Positions 38,347-50,155 of a stretch of DNA of 64,000 nucleotides are shown here, one piece after another. Every line of letters starts with the position of its first letter. Within the stretch, counting starts at the first letter, position 1. This DNA comes from Saccostrea echinata (taxonomy: Eukaryota), in the NCBI RefSeq assembly GCF_033153115.1, contig NW_026889761.1, positions 13,392,001 to 13,456,000 of the forward strand. The letters are read 5' to 3'. Both the position numbers and the translations under genes were made by a program. Under the pieces are notes generated by a model, which worked only from the letters and a program-made list of their open reading frames with translations, made no database searches and was not told the origin of the DNA.

Positions 38347-38792
38347 TACGGAAGCCGGTTGGTGCCAGGTAGAAAAAATATTTTATCTGGCGGCCGCCAG
38401 ATAACTTTCTGGCGGCCGCCAAATAATTATCTGGCGGCCGCCACATAAATAACTGGCGGCCGCCAGAAACTTATCTGGCGGCCGCCAGATAAAAAGATCT
38501 GGCGGCCGCCAGATAACTTATCTGGTGGCCGCCATAAAGTTATTTGGCGGCCGCCAGAAATTATCTGGCGGCCGCCAGAAATTATGTGGCGGCCGCCAGA
38601 TAACTTTCTGGCGGCCGCCAGATAAGTTATCTGACGGCCGCCAGAAAGTTATCTGGCGGCCGCCAGATAATTTCTGGCGGCCGCCAAATAACTTTCTGGC
38701 GGCCGCCAGAAAATTATATGGCGGCCGCCAGATAAGTTTCTGGCGGCCGCCAGATAAAATATTTTTCTACCTGGCACCTACCGGCTTCCGTA
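38347..38792. mobile_element. IS3EU-like MITE with internal array of 17 TGGCGGCCGCCA palindromes
   Basis: TACGG...CCGTA termini, TIRs over 50 bp, and a 6 bp TSD CAATAT on both flanks. Confidence 0.88.
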
Positions 38793-39711
38793 CAATATAC
38801 TATAGAATTAAGTTGTTGAAACATTTGGCTTTTACTATGTACACAAGGAATTCAAGTTCTTCATATAAATTCATTCGCTGGACCTAAGAGATTGCGGCCC
38901 AGATCCCTCTGGTTTCAATGTCTGTTGTCTCCGTGTTCACTTGTCACAACAGCGTCAAAGGGAATAAGTCTACTGAAGGGTAGGAGTAAAAAAAAATTAA
39001 ACATACAATATTCCTCATTCTTGAATAGCGTTGGACTTTTGTATTAGATAGCTAGATATGAAGTTATTTTAAGAAGGATTTTAAACTAAGTCTCTTCCTC
39101 AGCTCTGTTTTCCTCTTCCGATTTATATTCATTCATAAGTAATATTTACAATCATCAACTCACCAGCTTCAGTAAATGCATCTTGAATATTTGATAATTT
39201 GCATGCTTACTGGAATTATCTATGCCACTTTGTTACAGCAGTAAAAATGTATTTAAAACTTCAATTACTATATTGCTTTCTTTCTTTTTCTACAAAGTTC
39301 AGGTACACAAGTACTATCAGTGGAACGAGTATTTTTTTTTAAGAAAGATGAAACAATAACAAGAAAATAAGGAAATTCTTTAATGGCCTAGTTACATTAT
39401 GTATGACGTCCCAATTCATATGGCGGAGGTTGTTGCTGATGACGGATTTATCGAATTTAAAAAAACCACAGTATCATACCTACATGTTGCAAAGGCGGAT
39501 CCAGAAATTTTTCATGAAAAAAGGAGGGATACCCACTCAAAAAAAAAAATCTGACTCAGAAATTCTGACCAGAAAATTGTCCAAATGATGAAAATTTATA
39601 TGAATGACTCTTTTTTACTAACTTATGAGGCGTCATAGATCCGCTACTGTACAGAGAAAAATGAAAAATGAACGTAGTGAATATACATGTATGCTATAGT
39701 GTAATGGAATT

Positions 39712-40088
39712 GATCACATTTTCAGCAGTGCAATGCTTTTATTTATTTATTGAATAAAAGTGATATTTTGTCAAAGTGTGACATGCAGAATATCGAATTG
39801 ATATTTTGTCCCAATGTGACAGAATATCAGAACTCTTAATTTTCCTCCCCATATCACAAAGAGTTGTAAGAAATACTCCCTGATCTGTAATAAGATAGAG
39901 AGAATAAATAAACCGTCCTGACAGAGACTAAAGTTTTCCATGTATAAAATTATGTTGTTCACAATCGCTAAGCTATGACGTTTCGTGCAACCGCTCAACT
40001 ACGACGTCACAGCTTGTGAAACTGTGAATCAAAAGGAAAATCTTTTCACTCGTGCTTCACACTCGTGAGAATCCCAAAAAAATCCTGT
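39712..40088. mobile_element. Hairpin-ended non-autonomous element, related to 49101-49500 (opposite orientation)
   Basis: TGAATAAAAGTGATATTTTG..AGTGTGA is the reverse complement of 49430-49460. The hairpin core TTTTCACTCGTGCTTCACACTCGTGAGAA lies at about 40042-40070. Confidence 0.6.
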
Positions 40089-40250
40089 TGTATAACTTCC
40101 ATAGCCAACTACAAAATATTGAATATTCTTTCTATATTTAAAACTTTGAACTTGTTTCCGGAACTGCAAACTGTATCGTTTTGGTTTTAATTTTATGGTA
40201 CAAGTGGCTTTTCCGGAGAAATTTTTCAGAAAGAAATATTGAAGATAAAC

Positions 40251-43200
40251 ATGTCGGAAAAGGTGAGATTTCTTGTTTAGGAATAGAATTAAAAACATTC
40301 AAGATCAATCGTTTATTTATTCGTGTACAAGGAATACACTTTTTTCAATATCGATAATAACTCTGACTCAATATCATTGATGACGCTTTACCATGTAAAC
40401 GTTTGTTCTGTGTCATTTGATCAGATGTTGTTTGTCTTTCTTCAATAATTTTTCTGTTTAATACAATCATAACTAAATTTATTAAATTATTTTTTTTACA
40501 ATTACCTTACTTGGTGCTTTGACAAGTAAATAAGGGCGTCAGGCATTTTGTATGGGGTTATACTGCGAGATTTTTAGTAGTTGTGAATAATATTTTTAAT
40601 TGTAGAAGTTCAGTAAAAAAATCAATCTAAAATTAGCAAATTCTGATAAATGTACGTGACGTTAAACATGAACGGGTGGTTTTCTTTTTGCTTACAGAAA
40701 GAGGATGAACCTGGACCATCAACAAGCAAGAGTAAATTCAGTCGTCTCCAGCGGTTTAGGGACTTGGAATTAAAGATGGTAAGTTCTTTGATTTTAGTCA
40801 ATTGTTTCAAGGGTGATATAGGTATACAGGGCTTTCAAAATCTTCCAGTATCTGTTACTTTTACCCAGATGAAATCAGAATTGTACCAGCTATAAATATT
40901 CAGTGGAGAAAAAATTTGATAACATTTAATTAAATTGCTTCTGCCAGGTACCTCCTATTTTTGTACAAGACCACCTGTTTCAAAATTTTTTTGAAAACCC
41001 TGGATCCCTGGGTATAGTATATTTATCTTGCAAGTAGTAAAGCTGTTCACTACTGTAAACGTGGAAATTTTGACGACGTGCTAATTTTGACTATAATGAC
41101 GATTTTTCTTTTCTCGTCAAAATTTCCACTCGTCAAACTTCATATCATATATATAGCGTCACAACAAACATTGACCGTTGTACAACTTTACCTCATAATT
41201 TTCTCGGCTTCCCCCATTAAAACGAGATCAAAGTTACTGTTTAATTTTTAGTAAATAGTTATGAAAGCATATAATCACAGTTTTAAAAACCATTGACTAT
41301 ATCATGTACTATTATTACCCATGGTCACAAAATTCTAATTTGTGTAATTATCACCACGCCGCGTTTAACCTACTTTGTCACCTCAGGCAATCGGCCTCGT
41401 ATGATGAAAACAAAATACAAAAGAGCAGTTAATTCAATCAAATCTTATACACTGTAGATGGTTTTTACAAGCAAAATTAATTTTTATTGATGAGAACGCT
41501 TCTAAATGAGTTCCCGAGGAAGTCGCAGTCCTTTCTTATACTATCGTGAACTCGCACAGAGCGGCTTAATCAGAGATGTTATCAAGTCAACTAAGCCAAT
41601 GTTTCCATCAAGTTTTTGGTCCTCTAGCTTCTGGCGAACTTACTCTGAGTACTAGTTTTGAAACTCGTTTTTTTTTAGAAGTTCTTTGTATTTATTTTTG
41701 TTTTAATCTCGTGAAACCAAAGATATACATAACTCTTGATTCAATATTTCGTCAAAATTAACACTCGTCAATTTCCGTAAACAAAAAATCGTCAATTTTT
41801 CAACTCGTCAAAATAACCACGTTTACAGTATATACAGTTTTACCATTAATTATTTTACATAGCATTCTAGCATTGTAAATCTTGTAGGGGTAAAAAAAAT
41901 AACTGAAGTTCTTTTGCATACAAGAAGTGAACTGAAAATGATAAATGACATTGCTAGAACCATACATTTCTTTAATCATAGAAAGTGTTAATCACATTTC
42001 AGATTTCCAATCTTTGAAATACATGTACTGATTACTGTAAAAATAATAATCTAGGTTAATTTTTTCCTCTTAATTTTGGGCAACTTTTTCGGAAGTTTTA
42101 CATTTGGACAAGTCAAAGTGTGAATTGACTTGCCTGGCCTTGCAAGTTGATCCAAAACTAAAGTTAATATCTATCCATGTCCTTGTAGTTATAAAAAGAT
42201 GATCAGAGTATCTGAGTATGTAATGTTTGCAAAAATTATGCAAACATAGTATATGTTTAAATAGACTGATACAAATTTGATTTAGGAAATGCTCCAATTT
42301 ACTGATACATCAAACTATGTGCTACATATCTCAATAAACCAACACAATGCAAACATTTTATGCTTTGAAATAATAACCATAGGCATTCCTTAATACAACT
42401 ATATCATTAACAATTTCTTTTTATATGCGATTTTATAAATAATCTTTACAAATGTAGCTTTATATTTGAAGGGACAGATGGCCTACTTTCCTTAAATGTA
42501 TTATACTGACAGCAATTGTATCAAGTCATGAAAATTATATTAACTGTTGACTTAAAATAAATGAAAGTGAAGATAAAAATTAACTTTGAAAGGAAAACAG
42601 ACATGTCCATGATAATTTACTTTTCATTATGGATTTCAGAATGAAGCGAGGAAGTTAAATCACCAGGAAGTGGTGGAGGAAGACAAGAGGAACAAACTGC
42701 CGGCCAACTTTGAACAGAAACGAAAAAGAGTGGAGTGGGAGGAGGAACAAGAGAAAAAGAGAAAGGTAAAAAAAAAGCAATACGGATCAACTTCGGTATC
42801 TCGAACACGGATATCTGGAATACCATGGAAGTCATTTTGAAGTCCCAACTACTTATCCCTTAAGTATTTTACACTGGAAATCTTGAATGCTTGATATCTC
42901 GAAATATTTTCTTGGTCCCTTTGGGTTCAAGATAACAAGAGTTGACTGTACTTAAATGTAAAAATAAGTTACTTTACATATGATTTTAAAAAGATCAAGA
43001 TATATGTATATACTAAACTTTTGATACACAACGAAAGCATATATCACTAGATATTTTGTTGTTTATCGAAAGATCAGTATGTACCTTGCTCTTTTTTAAA
43101 TGCCCCAGTCATGAAATAATCACTTAATAAAGTGTTACCCTTTCCATTCATCATTCTGTCACTCCACCACAGTTTTCTGGACTTCTTGCTGTGCTTGCAG

Positions 43201-45894
43201 ATAATGAGCTGATTTTTGGTATGTTTATATGAATAACTCAAAGTCAAGCTCTGATGTCACTTTGATTGGTTTATTTTCTTGAAAGTTATTGCCTTTAAGA
43301 CTTTAAAAAATTCTGATTGTTGATGTTTTCCAGACTGTTATGCTGTTCTTGCAGATAATGAGCTCATTAAAGTCAATATATCGATGATTTACAGATCAAG
43401 TTCTAGTTCCATATCATTTGGCCTATTTTCATGGGAAAGTTAATGCCCTCACATTTTGAAAAATTCTAATTTTCACTTTTTTGTTGTTTTTTTGTTGTTT
43501 TTTTTTTTTGCTGTGCTTGTAGATTCATGAATTGATTTTTTTTATATTTATATTTCTTTATAATAGTTGATAACTTACAGAACAAGAGTCGGTGATTATG
43601 TAAATTCATCGAATATTCATATCAGGTTAAAAATTAAACCTATCATACTCATGCAATGAACATCTTGAGGTGGTCTTCATTTGCTTGGGATATAAGTAAA
43701 TCAGAAATACATGTTAGCAATGTTGTACATGTGTGTATAGGTATATATTTTTTGACAGGAAGCTGAAGAGGCGGGCGAGGAATATGACAGGGTGAAGTTA
43801 CTGGAGGTCGGAGCTGATGAAGCAGAGAGGTGGGAACGAAAGAAGAAAAAGAAAAATCCTGATCAGGGATTCTCAGGTATTCTTTCTCTCTCATCTAAGG
43901 AAATTAGATTTTTGTTTACCAATTATAAGTATATCAGATAAAGTTTTATTTAGAACTTTGTATTGACAACAGTATTTTTTTCTGGGTTACCTTTAAGTTT
44001 AGTAATATGGATTTTTTTTTTATTGAGGGGAGTGGGGATATGTCATATTTTGCATTTCAGTAAAATGTTTTGTAATTTTACCAAGTGTTATATCATATTT
44101 TATGTTATTTCAGACTATGAATCTGCCACATTTCGTCAATATCAGAGATTAACAAAGGAAATGAAACCAGACATGAATCAATACAAGGAGCAGAGAGAAA
44201 AAGCGTAAGTTATCAAAACAAAAGGCGTAAATTATCAAATCAAAAAGTGTAAGTTATCAAATCAAAAAGCGTAAGTTATCAAAACAAAAAGTGTAAGTTA
44301 TCAAAACAAAAGGCGTAAATTATCAAATCAAAAAGTGTAAGTTATCAAATCAAAAAGCGTAAGTTATCAAAACAAAAAGCGTAAGTTATCAAAACAAAAG
44401 GCATAAGTTATCAAAACAAAAAGCGTAAGTTATCAAAACAAAAGGCGTAAGTTATCAAAACAAAAAGTGTAAGTTATCAAAACAAAAAGCGTAAGTTATC
44501 AAAACAAAAGGCGTAAGTTATCAAAACAAAAAGCGTAAGTTATCAAAACAAAAAGCGTAAGTTATCAAAACAAAAGGCGTAAGTTATCAAAACAAAAAGT
44601 GTAAGTTATCAAAACAAAAAGCGTAAGTTATCAAAACAAAAAGCGTAAGTTATCAAAACAAAAGGCATAAGTTATCAAAACAAAAAGCGTAAGTTATCAA
44701 AACAAAAGGCGTAAGTTATCAAAACGAAAAGTGTAAGTTTTCAAAACAAAAAGCGTAAGTTATCAAAACAAAAGGCGTAAGTTATCAAAACAAAAGGCGT
44801 AAGTTATCAAATCAAAAAGTGTAAGTTATCAAAACAAAAGGCATAAGTTATCAAAACAAAACGCATAAATTATCAAAACAAAAGGCATAAGTTATCAAAA
44901 CAAAACGCATAAATTACCAAGACATGAACTGGGTTCAGCTTGATACATGTGACAGAAGATCATGATTCTTTGCTGAATATAGTTAATTTGAATATTAGCA
45001 AGTGCTGTTTATTGTACAAGATAATGTTAGTGATTAGGAGAATCATGTCGTTATAACAAAATTAAATGTATAATAACCTCAGTGACATTTTGTATATGCT
45101 TCATTTCAGTGATTTTATCCTCATTGTGATAAATAAGGAAAAGCCTTGTTAATTAAAGACACTTGATTCAGGATAAAGAAATCTCCAAAGAATTTACATT
45201 TTGTAAATAAATATTTCTCATTTAAAAAAAGAATTCATTGTAACACTAAATATTGTTTTGAAAATCAATGAAAAACATAAAATGGACTGTTTTTAGTTGA
45301 TAGTTAAATTCAAAATGCTAAATGTCAGTCAACAAATCAAATTTATAAATTTTATGACTCATTTTTACAGAGGTGAAGATTTTTATGCCACACGTAATAC
45401 ACTGGGACTAAATCAATGGAAGGACAAACCTGAGAATGTTGATAGAATGGTAGAGGATCTAGAAAAACAGTAAGTTACCAAATATTTCAATCTCTCAGAG
45501 TTTGTAAGACATTATACACTGAGGGAAAGTCACATACCACCTATCATTGAAACAATGCAATATTTGGGTAAAAATATGTGTTTTGTAATTCTGAAAATGT
45601 AAATGACAGTTGTATGTTAGTACCTAGTGTCAGAACACCTGATTTTATTCAGATTGGTACAACAAATGGAATACATGTATGTCATTTCCCATAAGGTCAA
45701 CTATTATTAGAGAGTAAATATATTTCAGGATAAAAAAGAGAGAAAAATACAGTCGTCGCAGAACATTTGATGAAGATGCTGACATTGACTATATTAATGA
45801 ACGTAATATGAAATTCAACAAGAAATTGGAACGTTTCTATGGAACATACACAGCAGAAATTAAACAGAACTTAGAGAGAGGAACAGCTGTGTAG
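40251..45894 (+). CDS. SYF2: Pre-mRNA-splicing factor SYF2 (NTC component), 230 aa; coding exons 40251-40262, 40698-40778, 42640-42765, 43759-43876, 44114-44204, 45371-45469, 45729-45894
   Basis: All introns are GT-AG with consistent phase, totalling 693 nt. The protein contains [47 protein letters not shown] and [39 protein letters not shown]. The 12 nt first exon (MSEK) is the least certain part. Confidence 0.95.
41053..41828. mobile_element. TA-flanked MITE in SYF2 intron 2
   Basis: TA-CTGTAAACGTGG...CCACGTTTACAG-TA with TCGTCAAA subterminal repeats. Confidence 0.85.
42781..42950. mobile_element. Tigger-like MITE remnant in SYF2 intron 3
   Basis: Ends GAGTTGACTG-TA, with a degenerate left end TACGGATCAACTTCGGTATCTCGAAC and TATCTCGAA motifs. 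Confidence 0.6.
43100..43600. mobile_element. Degenerate HINE-like remnant in SYF2 intron 3
   Basis: Three repeats of CTTGCAGATAATGAGCTGATTTT-like units, which are also seen in the HINE at 19086-19484. Confidence 0.5.
44198..44923 (+). repeat. Minisatellite, 33 x 22 bp, consensus AAAAAGCGTAAGTTATCAAAAC, spanning the SYF2 exon 5 donor
   Basis: 726 bp equals 33 units exactly. Unit 1 overlaps the last 7 nt of exon 5 and the first 15 nt of intron 5. Confidence 0.97.
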
Positions 45895-46716
45895 CCAAAT
45901 ATCAAATTTTATATATAAAGATGATGATGAGTTTCTTCCCTTGCTGGGTTTCAATGGTTATCATGATTCGGTATATTTTGTATTTATATGTATTTTAGCT
46001 GATTCTCTCTGACTTTATGTTAGGCTGGTATCTTACAATTAGAAAATCACTGTTCTTTTCATACTGAGTTAACCCATTATGTCATATTTTTTCTGAGGAA
46101 AGGTCATTGCCATAATGCATTGTATTTCTTCCCCCCCCCCTTTTTTTTTGCGTGTAAATAATGTTTTTCATCCATGATTTTCTGACATTAAAAAAAAAAT
46201 CAGATTTATTTCTTTTTTTAAATTTCAATGTATCAAGTTTCATTCTAAGAGGAACATATATAAAATGCATCTATGTAAAAGGGTCTTTTTTTTTAAGATC
46301 ACATTCTATCTGTCTAATTTTTTCAAGTAATTAGAAGTACAGTGCATTAACTGATTTTCATATTTCGGTAAATGACGGTTAGATGAATGACTTGCTGCAT
46401 ATTAAAAGAACATTTTCATAGGATTTGCTCTTTCACATATGGACTTTGTTTTAAACAAGTTCTGATTTTTAAATACATTTGATAAAATTAAATGAAATAG
46501 GATGAAAGATAATAATTAAATCACTTGTTAAGAAATACCATAATATAGCTAGATCTATATTTCACATCAGGAAAACTGAAGAAATTCCTTATCCTTGATA
46601 CAGACATCCTACAAAATTTAAATGGGGTAAAAGTTAACAAGAGTTACTTATAGAAAGCTTAATAGAGGTATCTTTAAGAAGTTCTGTTATAAAAATAAGG
46701 ACATTACTTGTAACAC

Positions 46717-46879
46717 CACAGGAGTTGGCATACCTATCAATTTTACCGAAATTTTCAGTAAACCTAAAAAAAAAAAATACAAAATACTATAATAATAACA
46801 CGTTATTATTATTATAGTATAACACTTTTTTTATTTACTGAAAATTTCGGGAAAATTGATAGGTATGCCAACTCCTGTG
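46717..46879. mobile_element. 163 bp foldback MITE with 7 bp TSD (CA...TG termini, P-element-like)
   Basis: CACAGGAGTTGGCATACCTATCAATTTT...AAAATTGATAGGTATGCCAACTCCTGTG with GTAACAC on both flanks. Almost the whole element is palindromic. Confidence 0.88.
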
Positions 46880-47246
46880 GTAACACAGACTTTTTAAATC
46901 CAAATTTTGTATTATACTGTATTGCATCTCAAATCCTAGCTTTCCTTTTCATTTCATTCCATTCAACCATTTTCAAACGTAATTACCCTGTATATAAGTT
47001 ATATTTTTAAATGATAACAAAGCTCTCTTATTTTTCATTATTATTATTATCAAAAATTACCTGTGTCATGTTTTATACAAATGTGTATGGTACAACTTTT
47101 AAAATAATTTTTTTTTTATGTAGTCTTGTGCCTGATAAAACAATTTAGTGTAATACACTTCATGATTTAAGATATATATATATATATATATTACTTGCAT
47201 TGTATTTTGTATCATGATTGTTTAAAACAATGATTTCAGACTGTTC

Positions 47247-47252
47247 AATAAA
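47247..47252 (+). promoter_or_regulatory. Candidate SYF2 polyadenylation signal
   Basis: First canonical AATAAA I can find after the SYF2 stop, followed by a T/GT-rich tract. ATTAAA variants occur earlier. Confidence 0.45.
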
Positions 47253-47299
47253 AAATGAAAGTTATATATTTTGTTTTAAAAATACAATACGTAATCTCT

Positions 47300-48110
47300 A
47301 TAAATGGAATAACTTTTATTCTACGCTGCAATTACTTTGTTAAAAATCATTCTGACTCTACACAAGTACTCTGAAGTTGATAAATAACAGATGCTGAAGT
47401 GCCTACATTGACAATATCTATGTAGTTTTTGAGACCATGTTTTCCAACAATCTTTTGGAATTCTGATGAGTACTAATTGTGACCCTTTATTAACCGACAT
47501 GTTTTTAAATATTTATGAAGCAGAATTTATTCAAAGACTTCCACATGACAAGAAAAAAGCCCTTTGTCGTGGCTTTCAATTCAACATTTCAATATATTGA
47601 CGTCTTTGTATCAATTAATGGCCACTAACAACTAAACTATATCACAAATGGAATGACTCCCATCTTTTCCATCGTCAACGTTTCCTAATTATAGTAATCA
47701 CCTGCATATGTTCTTCATATCTCCCATGTAATGCTACACCCAAGAAGCATGTTTTGAGAATGATCTTTTTTTTAACAGGATATTGACAAATAAGTTGATG
47801 ATACAGGGGTTTCAATTCTATGTATCTCGTTTAAAGTCAGTATTTTACTATTTCTATGGTGATTATAATAACCTTTGGCAAATACTTTCATCGTTGGGTC
47901 GTATTTTAATTGATATATTTCCCACCAATTATTATGCCATTGTTATTTTCCATTTGAATACTAATTACTCCGTTTTTCTGATCAATCAGGAGACTCTCAG
48001 CTGGTCTGACCGGTTGGTACAGGATTCTAACTCCTCCTAAGCACCCGATCCCGCCTCTGGGGTTTCCAGGATCCATGGTTTTGCCCTGTTTACTATTCAT
48101 ATATTTTACT
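47300..48110 (+). mobile_element. Penelope-like (Naiad-type) old decayed copy
   Basis: Remnants of YFVKNHSDSTHKYSEVD, IDNIYVVF, YEAEFIQ and LTNKLMIQGFQ, plus a degenerate 3' element. Confidence 0.8.
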
Positions 48111-48630
48111 GAACCTTCATTTTCTAAGTTATATCACACAAAGGAATGTCCTTTTTATAAATTTTGTTTTTAAATTCTTGTGTGACAAGAAAATATTGAG
48201 AACATTCCAAGAAATATTTTTGTAGTGTGTCGAGATCATTTTACTAGGATCAAAACTCTTATTGGTGAAACGGACTCAGTACAGAAAAGTAAGCATCAAC
48301 TTGCTCCCCGAAATAATTTTATTTCAATTATATGGGAGTACATGTGCTTTGAAAATAACTTCATATTCAAATGTTTAAACGCCACATGATACGGAAGATG
48401 CAAGTATAATTTTGATTTAGCCTGTCAGTTCATTACGCTTAAATTTGCCAACAACAATAAAGATGTTGTAAGCAACATTAACATTTTTAATCATTAAAAG
48501 GTTCATTTTTGAATTCTATCATATTTTAGGTTGAATTTCATCTAGAGCCTTTCCCAAGTGTTACATCCAAACTTTACAATTATAGATAAACCTAGAGTGC
48601 CTAGCCTATGATCATCTAGAATAATCCTTA

Positions 48631-48978
48631 GTGATTGACTGTGTGTTGTTTTACGTCCCGTTCGAGAATTTTTCACTCATATAGAAACGTCACCATATAC
48701 CGGTGAAGGGCTTCAAATTTAGACCTTTACTCGGCACTTAGGGCCATTGAGCAGTGAGGTATCTTTATCGTGCCAACGACTACCGTGACACGGGGCCTCT
48801 GATTTTAAGGTCTCATCCGAAGGACCCGCAACATTCACTTCAAAGTGCCGAGCGCTTGGCGAAGGAACATTTGCTATTTTTTTTTTATCGATTTAAGTCA
48901 GTGGCGGCCGTGATTCGAACACAGGGCCTTCCGATCACGAAGCGAGCGCTCCACCGACTGAGCTACCGTGACGGCTCC
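48631..48978 (-). mobile_element. Full-length tRNA-derived SINE (Deu/Nin-like domain)
   Basis: The minus strand begins GGAGCCGTCACGGTAGCTCAGTCGGTGGAGCG (A box) and continues TGTTCGAATCA (B box), GGATGAGACCTTAAAATCAGAGGCCCCGTGTC and the shared tail. Confidence 0.88.
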
Positions 48979-49100
48979 TTCTGTAAATTTATCATTCAAA
49001 TTTTATGGAATGTTGTCATAATGAAGTCTTTTTATTACGTCATATAATATGAAATCCGTTTGACATTTCCATAAAAATCAGTTATTTGTCAGTGTGGATT

Positions 49101-49500
49101 ATACATAGAGGATATTCAATGTTTTGTAGATGAATATGGAATTTATTTCACGAGTGGGACCGGATTTTTTGATATTTTCACGAGTGCGAAGCACGAGTGA
49201 AAATATAAAAAAAATCCTGTCTCACGAGTGAAATAAATTCCATATTCATCTATAAAACATTGAATTTTCTGTTTGTTACATTTTCTTAGATTTTCCCTAT
49301 AACTATAAGTCTCTGTCAGGATGGCTCATTAATTAACTGTATCTTATATAAGGCCGGGGATTTTTAAAAAAAAACACTGTCGCACTTCTGATATTCTCAA
49401 ACTATTAGAATACCATTTTGATATCCTTTCACACTGTGTCAGAATATCACTTTTATTCAGTACATAAATTACAGTATTTCACTGTTGAAAATGTAATAAA
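49101..49500. mobile_element. Hairpin-ended non-autonomous element (possibly Crypton-associated)
   Basis: A foldback of about 150 bp (49113-49266) is centred on GCGAAGC (49186-49192). The other end is shared with 39712. Confidence 0.65.
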
Positions 49501-49535
49501 ACTTAGTACATGTATTTGTCATTTGTTTTGAACAG

Positions 49536-49924
49536 AAATCATTGCTTTTCACACACTTAAATTTTATCAACTGATCCAAAACAAAAAAAAGTCGGAAAGA
49601 ATGCCATTGTTGTATTTAAAAGTAATTCTAAACGCTGGAAATGCCTGTGACGCTTACACTGGTTTTACAGCGCCTAATGATGGTATCTACTCATTCACGT
49701 GGACAGCTCTTACAAAACTGAGGAAATATTTTCACACATAATTTGTTCTCAATGGTAAAATAACTCCATGATTATAATAATATGCATGGCGCCTCAAACC
49801 AGGGTTCCTGATCTTCCTCAGCTATAATGGATATGAGGAAAAACGATCAAGTCTGGATTAGAACACATAGTGAAGGGAAATTCCCTTTCTCGAGCTGGTC
49901 ATCATTTCCGGATTTAAATTGTTA
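49536..49924 (+). pseudogene. C1q-domain-containing gene, terminal exon relic
   Basis: After a TTTTGAACAG acceptor it reads IIAFH, IVVFK, VILNAGNACDAYTG, FTAPNDGIYSFTWT, MRKNDQVWIR and WSSF..GFKL, with stops and frameshifts. AATAAA follows at 49988. Confidence 0.85.
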
Positions 49925-50155
49925 AAAACAAAGTTAAATGACCAAAGTACAGTGTACGTATATGTATGTATCTTATGATTTACAATGAATAAACGGAAAA
50001 TAGTTGAAATAGGATATATTACAATATAAATTCTGAGGGTGTTACAGATATGTAAACAGACGCTAAATTCTGTGAAATAGAATATGTCAGATAAATATTC
50101 ACAAATATTTTGAATGTTCCTGTTATGCTAGAAATGTAAGAAAGTATAATAAATT

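Noticed and set aside
38386-38753. CRISPR-like array of palindromic repeats with variable linkers, and ORF 38525-38887
   Set aside because: Linkers are only about 9-12 bp and similar to each other, the array lies inside TIRs with a TSD, the context is eukaryotic and there are no cas genes. The ORF is a translation of the repeat.
48900-48978. tRNA gene
   Set aside because: The tRNA-like head continues into a SINE body and tail shared with two other copies.
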